A DNA stretch of 64,000 nt from Flavobacteriaceae bacterium (GCA_947453195.1 CANGFO010000004.1:69672-133671); one strand, 5' to 3'; counted from the first letter of the stretch, positions 1-10,368 are shown. The notes: generated from the sequence alone by a model not told the origin. Numbers and translations are program-made.

Positions 1-80
1 CAATGATGTCTAATATTGAAAACAATGGAGCACCATGGCAATACAACCAAATGGATCGTTTTAACTGGAAAGAAGAATAA
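1..80 (+). CDS. 3' end of a probable Fe-S oxidoreductase ((Fe-S)-binding protein), truncated by the window start
   Basis: Frame 3 reads MMSNIENNGAPWQYNQMDRFNWKEE* with TAA at 78-80. This resembles the C-terminus of the Bacteroidota Fe-S oxidoreductase that precedes a CCG-domain gene. Confidence 0.6.
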   Translation, partial: MMSNIENNGAPWQYNQMDRFNWKEE

Positions 81-88
81 GATAAATC

Positions 89-589
89 ATGAGATATTTA
101 ATACTACTTACATTGCTTTTGCAACAAAATATATTTAGCCAATCTAATATAAAAACGATTGAAAGAAATGGCTATTCAATTGCTTATCCTTCGAGTTTAA
201 GATTGGATGAAACTGGAAAAAATAACACAGAATTTTCTTTGTATACAGAGAAAAAAGACGCAAATGATAATTTTGTAGAGAATCTTAATTTAATGATTCA
301 AGATTTAAAAAATTTAAATATTGATCTTAATAAATTCGTTGAAATAACTGAAAATCAAATTACGAATGCAGGAAAATTAATATCTAGTAAAAGAGTAATA
401 AAAGAAAATGCGGAATATCAAATTATGATCTATCAAGCGTCAATGAGAGGATTTGATTTAAAATTCCTACAGTATGATTTTGTAAAAAATGATAAAGCAT
501 ATTTTTTAACTTTTTCTGCAAAAACCGAAGAGTTTGATGCATATTTAAAGCAAATGCAGGAAATAATGGACAGTTTTAAAATTAATTAA
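89..589 (+). CDS. Secreted PsbP/DcrB-like hypothetical protein
   Basis: Signal peptide. YSIAYPSS at the start and FLTFSAKTEEFDAYLKQMQEIMDSFK at the end match the Mog1/PsbP-like pattern. Confidence 0.55.
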   Translation: MRYLILLTLLLQQNIFSQSNIKTIERNGYSIAYPSSLRLDETGKNNTEFSLYTEKKDANDNFVENLNLMIQDLKNLNIDLNKFVEITENQITNAGKLISSKRVIKENAEYQIMIYQASMRGFDLKFLQYDFVKNDKAYFLTFSAKTEEFDAYLKQMQEIMDSFKIN

Positions 590-664
590 TAAAAACCCTA
601 ATAATTTCCCATTTGTGAGGCTTGGGAATTTGTTGCAAATGAATGTGAACCTATAAATTTAAAA

Positions 665-1108
665 ATGGAAATGGAAAACCTTGACAAAACCTTACAAGCA
701 GTAACTGAAAACGGACAACAATTAAGTCCGGTTTTACCAGAAGGAGTGAAAAATTATTTAATTGATATTGATGGAACGGTTTGCGATGACATTCCTAATG
801 AAGAACCCGAAAGAATGCTTACTGCAGAAGTTTATCCAGATGCTTTAATCACATTAAATAGATGGTATGACGAAGGACATATTATTTTCTTTTTTACCTC
901 AAGAACCGAAGAACACAGAGATTATACCGAGCGTTGGTTAAAACAACACGGATTTAAATACCACGGAATTTTGTTTGGAAAACCAAGAGGTGGGAACTAC
1001 CACTGGATTGATAACCATTTGGTAAAAGCAACTCGTTATAGAGGTAAATTCACCGATTTAGTTTCAAAAGATGTTACTATTGAGGTTTTTGATGATGGTC
1101 AACATTAA
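665..1108 (+). CDS. HAD-superfamily (LNS2-like) phosphatase, often auto-annotated as phosphoheptose isomerase
   Basis: HAD motif I DIDGT, motif II FFTSR, and FGKPRGG; cap-less HAD size. An alternative ATG lies at 671. Confidence 0.75.
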   Translation: MEMENLDKTLQAVTENGQQLSPVLPEGVKNYLIDIDGTVCDDIPNEEPERMLTAEVYPDALITLNRWYDEGHIIFFFTSRTEEHRDYTERWLKQHGFKYHGILFGKPRGGNYHWIDNHLVKATRYRGKFTDLVSKDVTIEVFDDGQH

Positions 1109-1136
1109 TAAAATATAGTAAGTAAAATCTAATTCA

Positions 1137-1922
1137 ATGTCAGAAAATTTAGTAGTGCCAACCATGGCCGAAATGTTAGCTCAAGGCAAACAACCCGAAG
1201 TTTTATTTTGGGTAGGTTGCGCTGGAAGTTTTGACGATAGAGCAAAAAAAATCACTAAAGCTTTAGTGAAAATATTAAATAATGCGAATGTAGAATTTGC
1301 TGTATTGGGCACAGAAGAAAGTTGTACTGGCGACCCAGCAAAAAGAGCAGGAAATGAATTTCTTTTTCAAATGCAAGCCATGATGAATATTGAAGTTCTT
1401 AATGCGTATGAAGCCAAAAAAATTATTACTGCTTGTCCGCATTGTTTCAATACACTAAAAAATGAATATCCACAATTGGGTGGAAGCTATGAAGTTATGC
1501 ACCATACGGAATATTTAAAATCACTTTTAGATTCGGGTAGACTTGCCATTGAAGGTGGCCAATTTAAAGGAAAAAAAATTACATTTCACGACCCATGTTA
1601 TCTTGGTAGAGCCAACAATGTATATGAAGCGCCTAGAGATTTAATTCAAAAGTTGGATGCCGAATTAGTGGAGATGAAACGCTCAAAAGCTAACGGATTA
1701 TGTTGTGGTGCTGGTGGGGCTCAAATGTTTAAAGATGCTGAAAAAGGTAACAAAGAAATAAATATTGAACGTACGGAAGATGCATTAGAAACCCATTCAG
1801 ATATCATTGCTACTGGATGTCCATTTTGTAATACAATGATGACCGACGGTGTTAAAGTAAAGGAGAATGAAACAAAAGTGTTAGATGTTGCGGAGTTAAT
1901 TGCTAATGCTCAAGATTTATAA
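1137..1922 (+). CDS. CCG-domain (HdrD/GlpC-like) Fe-S-binding oxidoreductase subunit
   Basis: Two cysteine-rich CCG repeats: WVGC..ESCTG..CPHC and HDPCY..CCGAGG..CPFC. Confidence 0.9.
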   Translation: MSENLVVPTMAEMLAQGKQPEVLFWVGCAGSFDDRAKKITKALVKILNNANVEFAVLGTEESCTGDPAKRAGNEFLFQMQAMMNIEVLNAYEAKKIITACPHCFNTLKNEYPQLGGSYEVMHHTEYLKSLLDSGRLAIEGGQFKGKKITFHDPCYLGRANNVYEAPRDLIQKLDAELVEMKRSKANGLCCGAGGAQMFKDAEKGNKEINIERTEDALETHSDIIATGCPFCNTMMTDGVKVKENETKVLDVAELIANAQDL

Positions 1923-1937
1923 ATAAATAAGTTACTA

Positions 1938-2420
1938 ATGTACATACCATTTGAAAATTTACCTGAAGAATCTCGAATTTGGATCTACCCATCCAATAGA
2001 AAATTTTCTGATGCGGAGATTGCAGAAATAGAAAAAGATTTAGTAGATTTTTTAAATAATTGGTCGGCTCATGGCACATCATTAGAGGCTTCTTTTATTA
2101 TTAAATACAGTCGTTTTATTATCATCGCAATAAATCAAGAAGTGCACCAGGCAACGGGTTGTTCTATCGATGCTTCGGTTGCTTTTATTCAAAGTTTAGA
2201 GCAAAAATACAATGTGGATTTATTAGATAAAATGAATGTTTCCTTTAAGCAAGGTGAGTTTATTAATTATAAACCATTATTAGACTTTAAAAAACTAGCT
2301 AAAGATAAATCGGTCTCCGAAAATACTATTGTATTCAATAATCTCGTTAATACAATTGAAGAATGGAAAGAAAACTGGGAAGTTCCAGCTTCGGAAAGTT
2401 GGCACAGTAGATTCTTTTAA
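1938..2420 (+). CDS. Conserved Bacteroidota hypothetical protein (commonly mislabelled 'ABC transporter ATPase')
   Basis: WSAHG and ATGCSID motifs; no Walker A or ABC signature. Confidence 0.7.
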   Translation: MYIPFENLPEESRIWIYPSNRKFSDAEIAEIEKDLVDFLNNWSAHGTSLEASFIIKYSRFIIIAINQEVHQATGCSIDASVAFIQSLEQKYNVDLLDKMNVSFKQGEFINYKPLLDFKKLAKDKSVSENTIVFNNLVNTIEEWKENWEVPASESWHSRFF

Positions 2421-2435
2421 TCACTTAGCTTATTT

Positions 2436-5435
2436 ATGAAAAAAATAATTCAATTTGCACTTATTCTCCTATTGATATCTATAGCTACTAATTGTGGGGT
2501 AACTAAAGATTCGAATTCTATTAGTAAAATTGCAAAACCTGAATTTACTTATGATGACGAAGTTTATGTTCCGGTATTGAAATCAGAACGAAAAAACTTC
2601 TTCAAAGACTCTGAGCCCGAAACTAAATGGGTTGACAGTATTTATAACCAGATGACTTTTGAAGAAAAAATTGGCCAACTATTTATGGTGGCTGCCTATT
2701 CTAATAAAGATTCAGTACATGTAAATTCGATCGATAAATTAATTCAAGAGAATAAAATTGGCGGATTGATTTTTTTTCAAGGAGGGCCAGGTCGTCAAGC
2801 AAATTTAACCAATCGTTTTCAGTCAAAATCAAAAGTGCCTTTATTTATAGGTATTGATGCAGAGTGGGGATTAAGCATGCGATTGGATTCAACCTATAAA
2901 TACCCTTGGAATACCACATTAGGAGCTATTAAAGATTTAAAACTTATTGAAGAGGTGGGCCGAAATATGGCTCAAGAAACGAAAAGAATTGGTGCTCATT
3001 TTAATTTTGCCCCAGTTTTAGACATTAATACCAATCCAAAAAATCCTATTATAGGTAACCGTTCTTTTGGAGAAGATAAGGTCAATGTTACCGAACATGC
3101 CATTGCTTTAATGAAAGGTACCCAAAGTCAAGGTGTATTTTGCACAGGTAAACATTTTCCTGGTCATGGCGATACTGCTTTAGATTCGCATTATGCATTG
3201 CCATTAGTATCTTTCTCAAAAGATAGAATTGATAAAGTTGAATTGTATCCTTACAAACGAATGTTTGACGAAGGATTGGTTTCGGTAATGGTAGCTCATT
3301 TAAATGTTCCAAGTTTAGAGCCTAGAGAAAATTATCCTACTTCGGTATCATATAAAGTAGTTACTGATTTATTACAAAATGATTTAGGGTTTGAAGGTTT
3401 AATATTTACAGATGCTTTAAATATGAAAGCGGCTAGTAAATTCATGAAACCAGGTGATATTGATTTGGAAGCATTTTTAGCAGGAAATGATATTTTGCTT
3501 TTTGCCGAAAATGTTCCTTTGGCAGTTCAAAAAATAACTGAAGCCTACCAAAATGGGTTAATCACTGATGACAGAATTGCTAAATCAGTAAAGAAAATAT
3601 TACATTACAAATTTAAAGCTGGTTTAAATAAATTCAAACCAATTGATACAAAAAACATAGTAAACGATTTAAATACAACTTATAAAGACGCGCTACAATA
3701 TCAGTTGTACGAACATGCTACAACAGTATTAAAGAATAAGAATAATATACTGCCTATTAAAAATTTAGATCAAAAGATTGCTTATGTAAAACTAGGCGAT
3801 GATACCAATTCGACTTTTGTAACTACCTTAAAAAAATATACTGAAGTAACTGAAGTTTCTGACACCAATCTAGATTCTTTAGAAGTAAAATTAAAAGAAT
3901 TTAATACCGTTATCATCGGATATCATAAATCGGATAGAGCCTGGAAAAAACATGATTTTTCTGAAACTGAATTGGCTTGGTTGCAAGATATTGCTAAGAA
4001 GAACACGGTAATATTAGATGCTTTTGCCAAACCGTATTCGTTATCAACTATTCCAAATTTTGAAGATTTTGAAGGAGTAGTAATGTCCTATCAAAATAGT
4101 GATTTCTCACAAATAGTTGGAGCTGAATTATTATTTGGAGCAATTGAATCACAAGGAAAATTACCGGTTTCTATTAACGAAGAATTTAAGGATGGTTTTG
4201 GATTAAATACTGAAAAATTGAACCGACTCGGTTTTACCGCACCAGAAAATGTAGGGGTAAGTCCAAAAGTTTTATCCCGTATTGATGATCTTGCAAAAAA
4301 AGCCATTGATGGAAAAATGACACCTGGAATTCAAGTGCTTATTGCTAGAAGAGGTAAAGTTATTTTTCAAAAATCATACGGATATCAAACCTATGAACCA
4401 ACTACTAAAGTTCAAAATTCTGATTTGTATGATGTGGCTTCAGTAACTAAAATGGTTGCTACTTTGCCAAATGTGATGCAATTGTTTGAACAAGGGAAAG
4501 TAAATTTAGATAGCAAGTTAGGGGATATGCTTCCGCAAATGATAGGCAGTAACAAGCAAGATATTTCTTTTAAAAACTTACTTTCTCACTATGCGCGATT
4601 ACAGCCTTGGATTCCGTTTTATAAAGCTACTTTAAATGCAGATAAAACACCATCGGATAAATATTATAGTGTCATTTCAAAGGACGGATTTACTACTCAA
4701 GTAGCTCAAAATTTATATCTAAGAAATGATTATCAAGATAGTATTATGAAGCAAATAGTGGATAGTAAACTATTAGATAAAAAAGAATACAAATACAGTG
4801 ATTTTACTTTTATTTTATTGAAAGAATATTTAGAAAAAACTACGGGTAAAACTTTGGATGTTTTGACATCTGATAATTTCTACAAAACTTTGGGAATGAA
4901 TAATACATTATTCAATCCGTTACGAAAAGTGGATTCTAGTATTATAGCTCCAACAGAAGAAGACATCTATTTCCGTCACTCTTTAGTAAAAGGATATGTT
5001 CATGATATGGCTGCTGCCATGCAAGGCGGAGTAGCAGGACATGCTGGACTATTTTCGAATGCTATGGATATTGCCAAAATAATGCAAATGTATCTCCAAA
5101 AAGGAAATTATGGCGGTATTCAGTATTTTAAATCGTCTACTTTTGATATCTTCAACACGTGTTATTTCTGTTCGGAAGGGAATCGAAGAGGATTAGGATT
5201 TGATAAACCGCAATTAGGTAAAGATGGACCAACTTGTGGCTGTGTTTCAAAATCTAGTTTTGGGCATACTGGTTTTACAGGGGCCATGGCTTGGGCCGAT
5301 CCTGAAACAGAAGTAGTTTATGTGTTTTTATCAAATAGAACCTATCCTGATTCAAATGCTGCCAATACATTATCTAAAGAAAATATCAGAGAAGATATAC
5401 AAAAGGTGATTCAAGAAGCACTGTTAGATAAATAA
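2436..5435 (+). CDS. GH3 beta-N-acetylglucosaminidase fused to a C-terminal beta-lactamase-like serine hydrolase (peptidoglycan recycling), lipoprotein
   Basis: GH3 DAEWG, KHFPGHG, DSH and FTDAL; C-terminal ASVTK (SxxK), KYSD and HTGFTG; lipobox ATNC. Confidence 0.9.
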   Translation: MKKIIQFALILLLISIATNCGVTKDSNSISKIAKPEFTYDDEVYVPVLKSERKNFFKDSEPETKWVDSIYNQMTFEEKIGQLFMVAAYSNKDSVHVNSIDKLIQENKIGGLIFFQGGPGRQANLTNRFQSKSKVPLFIGIDAEWGLSMRLDSTYKYPWNTTLGAIKDLKLIEEVGRNMAQETKRIGAHFNFAPVLDINTNPKNPIIGNRSFGEDKVNVTEHAIALMKGTQSQGVFCTGKHFPGHGDTALDSHYALPLVSFSKDRIDKVELYPYKRMFDEGLVSVMVAHLNVPSLEPRENYPTSVSYKVVTDLLQNDLGFEGLIFTDALNMKAASKFMKPGDIDLEAFLAGNDILLFAENVPLAVQKITEAYQNGLITDDRIAKSVKKILHYKFKAGLNKFKPIDTKNIVNDLNTTYKDALQYQLYEHATTVLKNKNNILPIKNLDQKIAYVKLGDDTNSTFVTTLKKYTEVTEVSDTNLDSLEVKLKEFNTVIIGYHKSDRAWKKHDFSETELAWLQDIAKKNTVILDAFAKPYSLSTIPNFEDFEGVVMSYQNSDFSQIVGAELLFGAIESQGKLPVSINEEFKDGFGLNTEKLNRLGFTAPENVGVSPKVLSRIDDLAKKAIDGKMTPGIQVLIARRGKVIFQKSYGYQTYEPTTKVQNSDLYDVASVTKMVATLPNVMQLFEQGKVNLDSKLGDMLPQMIGSNKQDISFKNLLSHYARLQPWIPFYKATLNADKTPSDKYYSVISKDGFTTQVAQNLYLRNDYQDSIMKQIVDSKLLDKKEYKYSDFTFILLKEYLEKTTGKTLDVLTSDNFYKTLGMNNTLFNPLRKVDSSIIAPTEEDIYFRHSLVKGYVHDMAAAMQGGVAGHAGLFSNAMDIAKIMQMYLQKGNYGGIQYFKSSTFDIFNTCYFCSEGNRRGLGFDKPQLGKDGPTCGCVSKSSFGHTGFTGAMAWADPETEVVYVFLSNRTYPDSNAANTLSKENIREDIQKVIQEALLDK

Positions 5436-5477
5436 ATTCAAAGTAAAAGTAGTACCTTCGTATTTCAATAATTCAAC

Positions 5478-6611
5478 ATGAAAATAGCAATTGTTTGTTA
5501 TCCAACTTTTGGTGGAAGTGGCGTTGTAGCTACCGAATTAGGAATCGAATTGGCCAATCGAGGACATGAAATTCATTTCATTACCTACAGACAACCTGTA
5601 AGATTAGCTTTATTAAATTCAAATGTACATTACCACGAAGTTAATGTTCCCGAATATCCTTTATTTCATTACCAACCCTACGAATTAGCCCTTTCAAGCA
5701 AGTTGGTCGATATGGTAAAGTTATACAATATTGAATTGCTTCATGTGCATTATGCTATTCCGCATGCTTATGCAGGCTACATGGCAAAACAAATGTTGAA
5801 AGACCAAGGTATTTCTATCCCCATGGTAACTACACTCCACGGGACTGACATTACATTGGTTGGTAATCACCCAAATTATAAAACAGCAGTAAGTTTTAGT
5901 ATCAATAAATCGGATGTGGTTACTTCGGTTTCTCAAAGTTTAAAAGAGGCGACCTACAAATTATTAGACATTAAAAAAGATATTCATGTTATTCCGAATT
6001 TCATTGAATTAGTAAAACATCCAATTGAAACTAATGCGGTTTACCAAAGAGCAACTATGGCCAAACCTGAGGAGTACCTCATTACGCACATCAGTAACTT
6101 TAGAAAAGTAAAACGCATTCCGGATGTAATAAAGATTTTTAACAAAATCCAGAAAGTACTTCCAGCTAAATTAATGATGGTGGGAGATGGTCCTGAAAAA
6201 GTTAAAGCAGAACAACTTTGTGAAAAACTTGGCATTTTAGACAAGGTTATATTTTTTGGAAACAGTAATGAAATTGATAGTATTTTGTCCAATTCTGATT
6301 TATTCTTACTTCCATCAGAGACCGAAAGTTTTGGATTGGCGGCTTTAGAAGCTATGGCTTGGCGTGTTCCTGTAATTTCTAGTAATACTGGAGGTTTGCC
6401 TGAAGTTAACTTTGATGGAATTTCAGGATACTTAAGTGATGTTGGTGATATTGATCATATGGCTGAAAATGCTATTAAAATTCTTAGCAATAAAGAAACT
6501 TTATATACGTTTAAGGATAATGCATTATCTGTAGCTAAGCAGTTTGATATTCACAATATATTGCCTTTGTATGAATCAATCTATTTTAAAGCGCTTGAAG
6601 ATTCTAAATAA
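5478..6611 (+). CDS. bshA: N-acetyl-alpha-D-glucosaminyl L-malate synthase (bacillithiol biosynthesis, GT4)
   Basis: MKIAIVCYPTFGGSGVVATELG, HVHYAIPH, TTLHGTDIT, ISNFRKVKR and ESFGLAALEAM are BshA hallmarks. Confidence 0.93.
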   Translation: MKIAIVCYPTFGGSGVVATELGIELANRGHEIHFITYRQPVRLALLNSNVHYHEVNVPEYPLFHYQPYELALSSKLVDMVKLYNIELLHVHYAIPHAYAGYMAKQMLKDQGISIPMVTTLHGTDITLVGNHPNYKTAVSFSINKSDVVTSVSQSLKEATYKLLDIKKDIHVIPNFIELVKHPIETNAVYQRATMAKPEEYLITHISNFRKVKRIPDVIKIFNKIQKVLPAKLMMVGDGPEKVKAEQLCEKLGILDKVIFFGNSNEIDSILSNSDLFLLPSETESFGLAALEAMAWRVPVISSNTGGLPEVNFDGISGYLSDVGDIDHMAENAIKILSNKETLYTFKDNALSVAKQFDIHNILPLYESIYFKALEDSK

Positions 6612-6623
6612 ATTGAATAATTT

Positions 6624-7049
6624 ATGTTTAATAAAACAATAATAATTTTATTTTTTTTTGCTTTAATTTCTTGTGATTCAGCTAGAAAGCCATTGCTTTC
6701 TAAACCTTTATACGAGATATTATTCAATAGTGATAATGGAGGTGCGCCATTTCAATTTTATGAGATAGTTACTGAAACTAAAGAATTTAGTATGCTCTTA
6801 AAAGACAAAATGATTAAACCCTATGTTAAGAAAGAGGATATAAATTCTTGTAATTTTATATTAGTGAATATGGGGGAGAAAAGTAAATTAGGGTATATAA
6901 TATCGATAGAGAATATTGAGGAATTATCTGATAAAATTATTATTAAAATAAAAGAAATAGAACCTCAGTCAGCTACTACTTCACAAACTACAAAACCTTG
7001 TAGTGTAATTAAAATTAAATCCAAAAAAGCTATCGAAATAATACAATAA
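6624..7049 (+). CDS. PrcB C-terminal-like lipoprotein
   Basis: Lipobox LISC; VNMGEKSKLGYIISIENI and TTKPCSVIKI resemble the PrcB_C pattern. Confidence 0.6.
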   Translation: MFNKTIIILFFFALISCDSARKPLLSKPLYEILFNSDNGGAPFQFYEIVTETKEFSMLLKDKMIKPYVKKEDINSCNFILVNMGEKSKLGYIISIENIEELSDKIIIKIKEIEPQSATTSQTTKPCSVIKIKSKKAIEIIQ

Positions 7050-7080
7050 AAAAAATCCCGATTTAATCGGGATTTTTTTT
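7049..7080. terminator. Bidirectional rho-independent terminator
   Basis: aaaaaaatcccgat-ttaa-tcgggattttttt hairpin with A and T tails between convergent genes. Confidence 0.85.
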
Positions 7081-7081
7081 A

Positions 7082-7912
7082 TTAATTAATATGATATGTT
7101 GTAAGAAACTCTTCTTCTGATTGTGAAATTGAAGCAGGAACTGCAAACTGCGAAGCAATATCAGCATTAATATCATAATGGAAATAAGTATTAGTATACA
7201 CATTTCCAATATTTTTCGCAAAATACTCATTCATAGTCAATACGGGTTGATCTGCTAATAATGTTGCAGTTATTCCAGATGAGGTTGTGGTTATTCTAAG
7301 GTTTAAAATAAGTCTTGATTTTTTAACATTGGGATAAGTAACTCCATTAGAAGTGTAAGTTGCAAAAGTTTCTTGAGCGATTGATTTTAGGGTATAATCA
7401 ATATCTAATGGATAAGTACTTCCATTTGCAGTAACTGTTTGATGTAATGTTCCAGAGCTAGTACTAATTTCAGTATTTGCAGCGGCATTTTCTTTAAAGA
7501 AAGCAAAATTATTTAAGCTAATTTGAATTGGGGTCGTTAATCCTGGAAATGGTAAATTAAAAGTACCCGTAGCAACTAATGAACTTCCACTTATTTTAAC
7601 ACCATTATTTCTAAGGGTGTTAGAGAAAAACCCATTAGGCATAGCCGTAGTTTTCATTTTTTTATATGTAACTCCATTGATTAGAGTGTCATTGGAAATG
7701 AATAAATGGTCAATTCCAATAGAACTATTTACAGCTCCAGGTGTAACTTGTTGTACATCATAGTCCCAATAATTGCCATTTGACAAGGGCATATAAACTG
7801 TTGGTATTGCATCCGTTGGATCATCTTGTCCAGAAGTATTATTACTTTGAGAACACGAGGTTAATAATGTTGTAATTAATAATAATGCTATTATTGCTTT
7901 TGATTTCATCAT
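7082..7912 (-). CDS. Hypothetical lipoprotein
   Basis: Lipobox LTSC; 276-aa ORF. Confidence 0.75.
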   Translation of the reverse strand: MMKSKAIIALLLITTLLTSCSQSNNTSGQDDPTDAIPTVYMPLSNGNYWDYDVQQVTPGAVNSSIGIDHLFISNDTLINGVTYKKMKTTAMPNGFFSNTLRNNGVKISGSSLVATGTFNLPFPGLTTPIQISLNNFAFFKENAAANTEISTSSGTLHQTVTANGSTYPLDIDYTLKSIAQETFATYTSNGVTYPNVKKSRLILNLRITTTSSGITATLLADQPVLTMNEYFAKNIGNVYTNTYFHYDINADIASQFAVPASISQSEEEFLTTYHIN

Positions 7913-7989
7913 GTTTTTTTTTGCTAAAGTATTAAAACTTTTAATATAAAAAAATAACTCACTAAGTTAAGCTATTAAGTTTAATATTC

Positions 7990-7997
7990 TATTTTTG
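7990..7997 (+). promoter_or_regulatory. Bacteroidota sigma-A -7 element for aroC
   Basis: TATTTTTG matches TAnnTTTG, 16 nt before the ATG. Confidence 0.7.
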
Positions 7998-8013
7998 TGA
8001 AAAACAATCAACT

Positions 8014-9078
8014 ATGGCTGGAAATAGTTACGGAACGCTTTTTAAAATTACTACTTTTGGAGAATCACATGGCGAAGCTTTGGGAGGAATTATTGATGGA
8101 TGTCCACCAGGAATTGAATTGGATACAGATGCAATTCATTATGAAATGCAAAGAAGAAAACCGGGGCAGTCTTCAATTGTAACGCAGAGAAAAGAAGAAG
8201 ACGAAGTGCAATTTCTTTCTGGAATTTTTGAAGGGAAAACTACAGGAACTCCGATTGGGTTTATTATCAACAACACCAATCAAAAATCAGGAGATTATTC
8301 TCAAAATGCAGAAACATATAGACCCAGTCATGCCGATTATGTATATGAAAAGAAATACGGTATACGCGATTTTCGTGGTGGTGGAAGAAGTTCCGCTAGA
8401 GAAACTGCCTGTAGGGTAGTTGCTGGTGCTATTGCAAAACAAGTAATAAAAGATATAAAGATTACTGCTTTTGTATCTTCTGTTGGAACTATATATATTG
8501 ACAAGCCTTATCAAGATTTGGATTTTTCAAAAATAGAAAGCAATGCGGTGCGTTGCCCTGATTTTGAAACTGCCGAAAAAATGGAAAATCATATCAAGGA
8601 TATAAAAAAGCAAGGTGATACCGTTGGCGGAACCATAACTTGTGTTCTACAAAATGTTCCGATTGGATTAGGAGAACCTGTTTTTGATAAATTGCATGCC
8701 GAATTAGGTAAAGCTATACTTTCTATAAATGCTGTAAAGGGATTTGAATACGGAAGTGGATTTTGTGGCGCCCAAATGAAAGGAAGTGAACATAATGATT
8801 TGTATAATCTGGATGGTACTACAAAAACGAACCTTTCTGGAGGGATTCAAGGAGGGATTTCAAACGGAATGGATATTTACTTTAGAGTAGCTTTTAAGCC
8901 TGTTGCCACCTTAATTCAAAAGCAAGAAGTATTATCAAAAGACAATACAATAATAGAACAACAAGGAAAAGGAAGACATGATCCTTGTGTTGTTCCACGC
9001 GCAGTACCAATTGTAGAAGCAATGGCTGCACTGGTTCTTGCCGATTTTTATTTAATAAACAAAACCTACCAAAAATAA
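8014..9078 (+). CDS. aroC: Chorismate synthase
   Basis: [23 protein letters not shown] and [11 protein letters not shown]. Confidence 0.97.
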   Translation: MAGNSYGTLFKITTFGESHGEALGGIIDGCPPGIELDTDAIHYEMQRRKPGQSSIVTQRKEEDEVQFLSGIFEGKTTGTPIGFIINNTNQKSGDYSQNAETYRPSHADYVYEKKYGIRDFRGGGRSSARETACRVVAGAIAKQVIKDIKITAFVSSVGTIYIDKPYQDLDFSKIESNAVRCPDFETAEKMENHIKDIKKQGDTVGGTITCVLQNVPIGLGEPVFDKLHAELGKAILSINAVKGFEYGSGFCGAQMKGSEHNDLYNLDGTTKTNLSGGIQGGISNGMDIYFRVAFKPVATLIQKQEVLSKDNTIIEQQGKGRHDPCVVPRAVPIVEAMAALVLADFYLINKTYQK

Positions 9079-10334
9079 TGGAAACGAACACCAATTCAAA
9101 AAAATCAATTTTTAGCAATTTAACTTTTCAAATTATTATTGCTATGCTTTTAGGTGCTTTATTAGGTATCCTAATTCATAAAAATTATTCGGTTGATGAA
9201 GCAAAAAATTTTAGTGACAAAATAAAAATGCTAGCTACTATTTTTATTAGATTGGTACAAATGATAATTGCGCCATTAGTATTTACCACATTGGTTGTAG
9301 GGATTGCAAAACTTGGAGATGCAAAATCGGTAGGAAGAATAGGAGGAAAAGCATTGGGGTGGTTTTTTTCTGCTTCTTTTGTTTCCTTATTAATAGGAAT
9401 GTTTTGGGTTAATACCTTACATCCAGGGGTTGGATTGCATTTAGGGGATTTAGATGTGTCTGCAGCAAGTGAACTTACTGAAAAAGTTGAAGGGTTTTCT
9501 GCTCAAAACTTTGTAGAACATATTATTCCAAAAAGTATAGTAGAATCTATGGCTAACAATGAAATACTACAAATTGTAATATTTTCTATTTTCTTTGGAT
9601 TGGCTGCTGCTTCGATTGGTGAAAACTCAAAAGGAGTTGTAAATGCATTAGATAAAACATCACATATCATATTAAAAATGGTTAATTATGTTATGAAGTT
9701 TGCGCCAATTGGTGTTTTTGGAGCTATTGCTGGAGTGTTTGCTATTAAAGATATTAATGAATTGTTACTTGTATATGCAAAGTTTTTTAGTTCGTTTTTA
9801 GTTGGTATTTCCTCGCTTTGGTTGTTTTTATTATTGATTGGTTTTATTTTCATAAAAAAACAACTCTTTACTTTATTAAAGCGTATTGCAAGTCCATTAA
9901 TTATTGCCTTCGGAACTACTAGTAGTGAAGCGGTATTTCCCAAATTAACAGAAGAATTAGAACGTTTCGGAATTAAAGATAAAATAGTATCTTTTATGTT
10001 ACCCTTAGGTTACTCTTTTAATTTAGACGGTAGCATGATGTACATGACTTTTGCAAGTATTTTTATTGCTCAGGTTTATGGAGTTCATCTTGATTTTGGC
10101 ACGCAAATGACAATGTTGTTAGTATTAATGCTTACTAGTAAAGGGATTGCAGGTGTTCCAAGAGCAAGCTTAGTAGTTGTAGCGGCAACTTGTGGAATGT
10201 TTAAAATACCTGTAGAAGGCATTGCATTAATACTTCCAATTGATCATTTTTGTGATATGTTTAGAACTGCTACTAATGTTTTAGGTAATTCCATAGCAAC
10301 ATCGGTGGTAGGTAATTGGGAAAAAGATAGTTAA
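9078..10334 (+). CDS. Dicarboxylate/amino acid:cation symporter (DAACS, GltP/DctA family)
   Basis: FGTTSSEA, YSFNLDG and SKGIAGVP. True start is the ATG at 9078 (TAATG overlap with the aroC stop), not 8985. Confidence 0.92.
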   Translation: METNTNSKKSIFSNLTFQIIIAMLLGALLGILIHKNYSVDEAKNFSDKIKMLATIFIRLVQMIIAPLVFTTLVVGIAKLGDAKSVGRIGGKALGWFFSASFVSLLIGMFWVNTLHPGVGLHLGDLDVSAASELTEKVEGFSAQNFVEHIIPKSIVESMANNEILQIVIFSIFFGLAAASIGENSKGVVNALDKTSHIILKMVNYVMKFAPIGVFGAIAGVFAIKDINELLLVYAKFFSSFLVGISSLWLFLLLIGFIFIKKQLFTLLKRIASPLIIAFGTTSSEAVFPKLTEELERFGIKDKIVSFMLPLGYSFNLDGSMMYMTFASIFIAQVYGVHLDFGTQMTMLLVLMLTSKGIAGVPRASLVVVAATCGMFKIPVEGIALILPIDHFCDMFRTATNVLGNSIATSVVGNWEKDS

Positions 10335-10360
10335 ATATTTTTTTTTTAAAATATAAGTTA

Positions 10361-10368
10361 TATTTTTG
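10361..10368 (+). promoter_or_regulatory. -7 promoter element for the T9SS cargo gene
   Basis: TATTTTTG, 26 nt before the ATG at 10395. Confidence 0.65.

Noticed and set aside
2436-5435. A novel beta-lactam resistance gene
   Set aside because: The GH3 plus beta-lactamase-fold fusion is a known peptidoglycan-recycling architecture common in Bacteroidota.
8985-9077. Extended N-termini in the ORF track (8985, 18521, 28605, 32677, 37198, 57863)
   Set aside because: Each extension overlaps an upstream gene, a terminator or a TAnnTTTG promoter element, or precedes a better ATG that gives a clean signal peptide or domain start.
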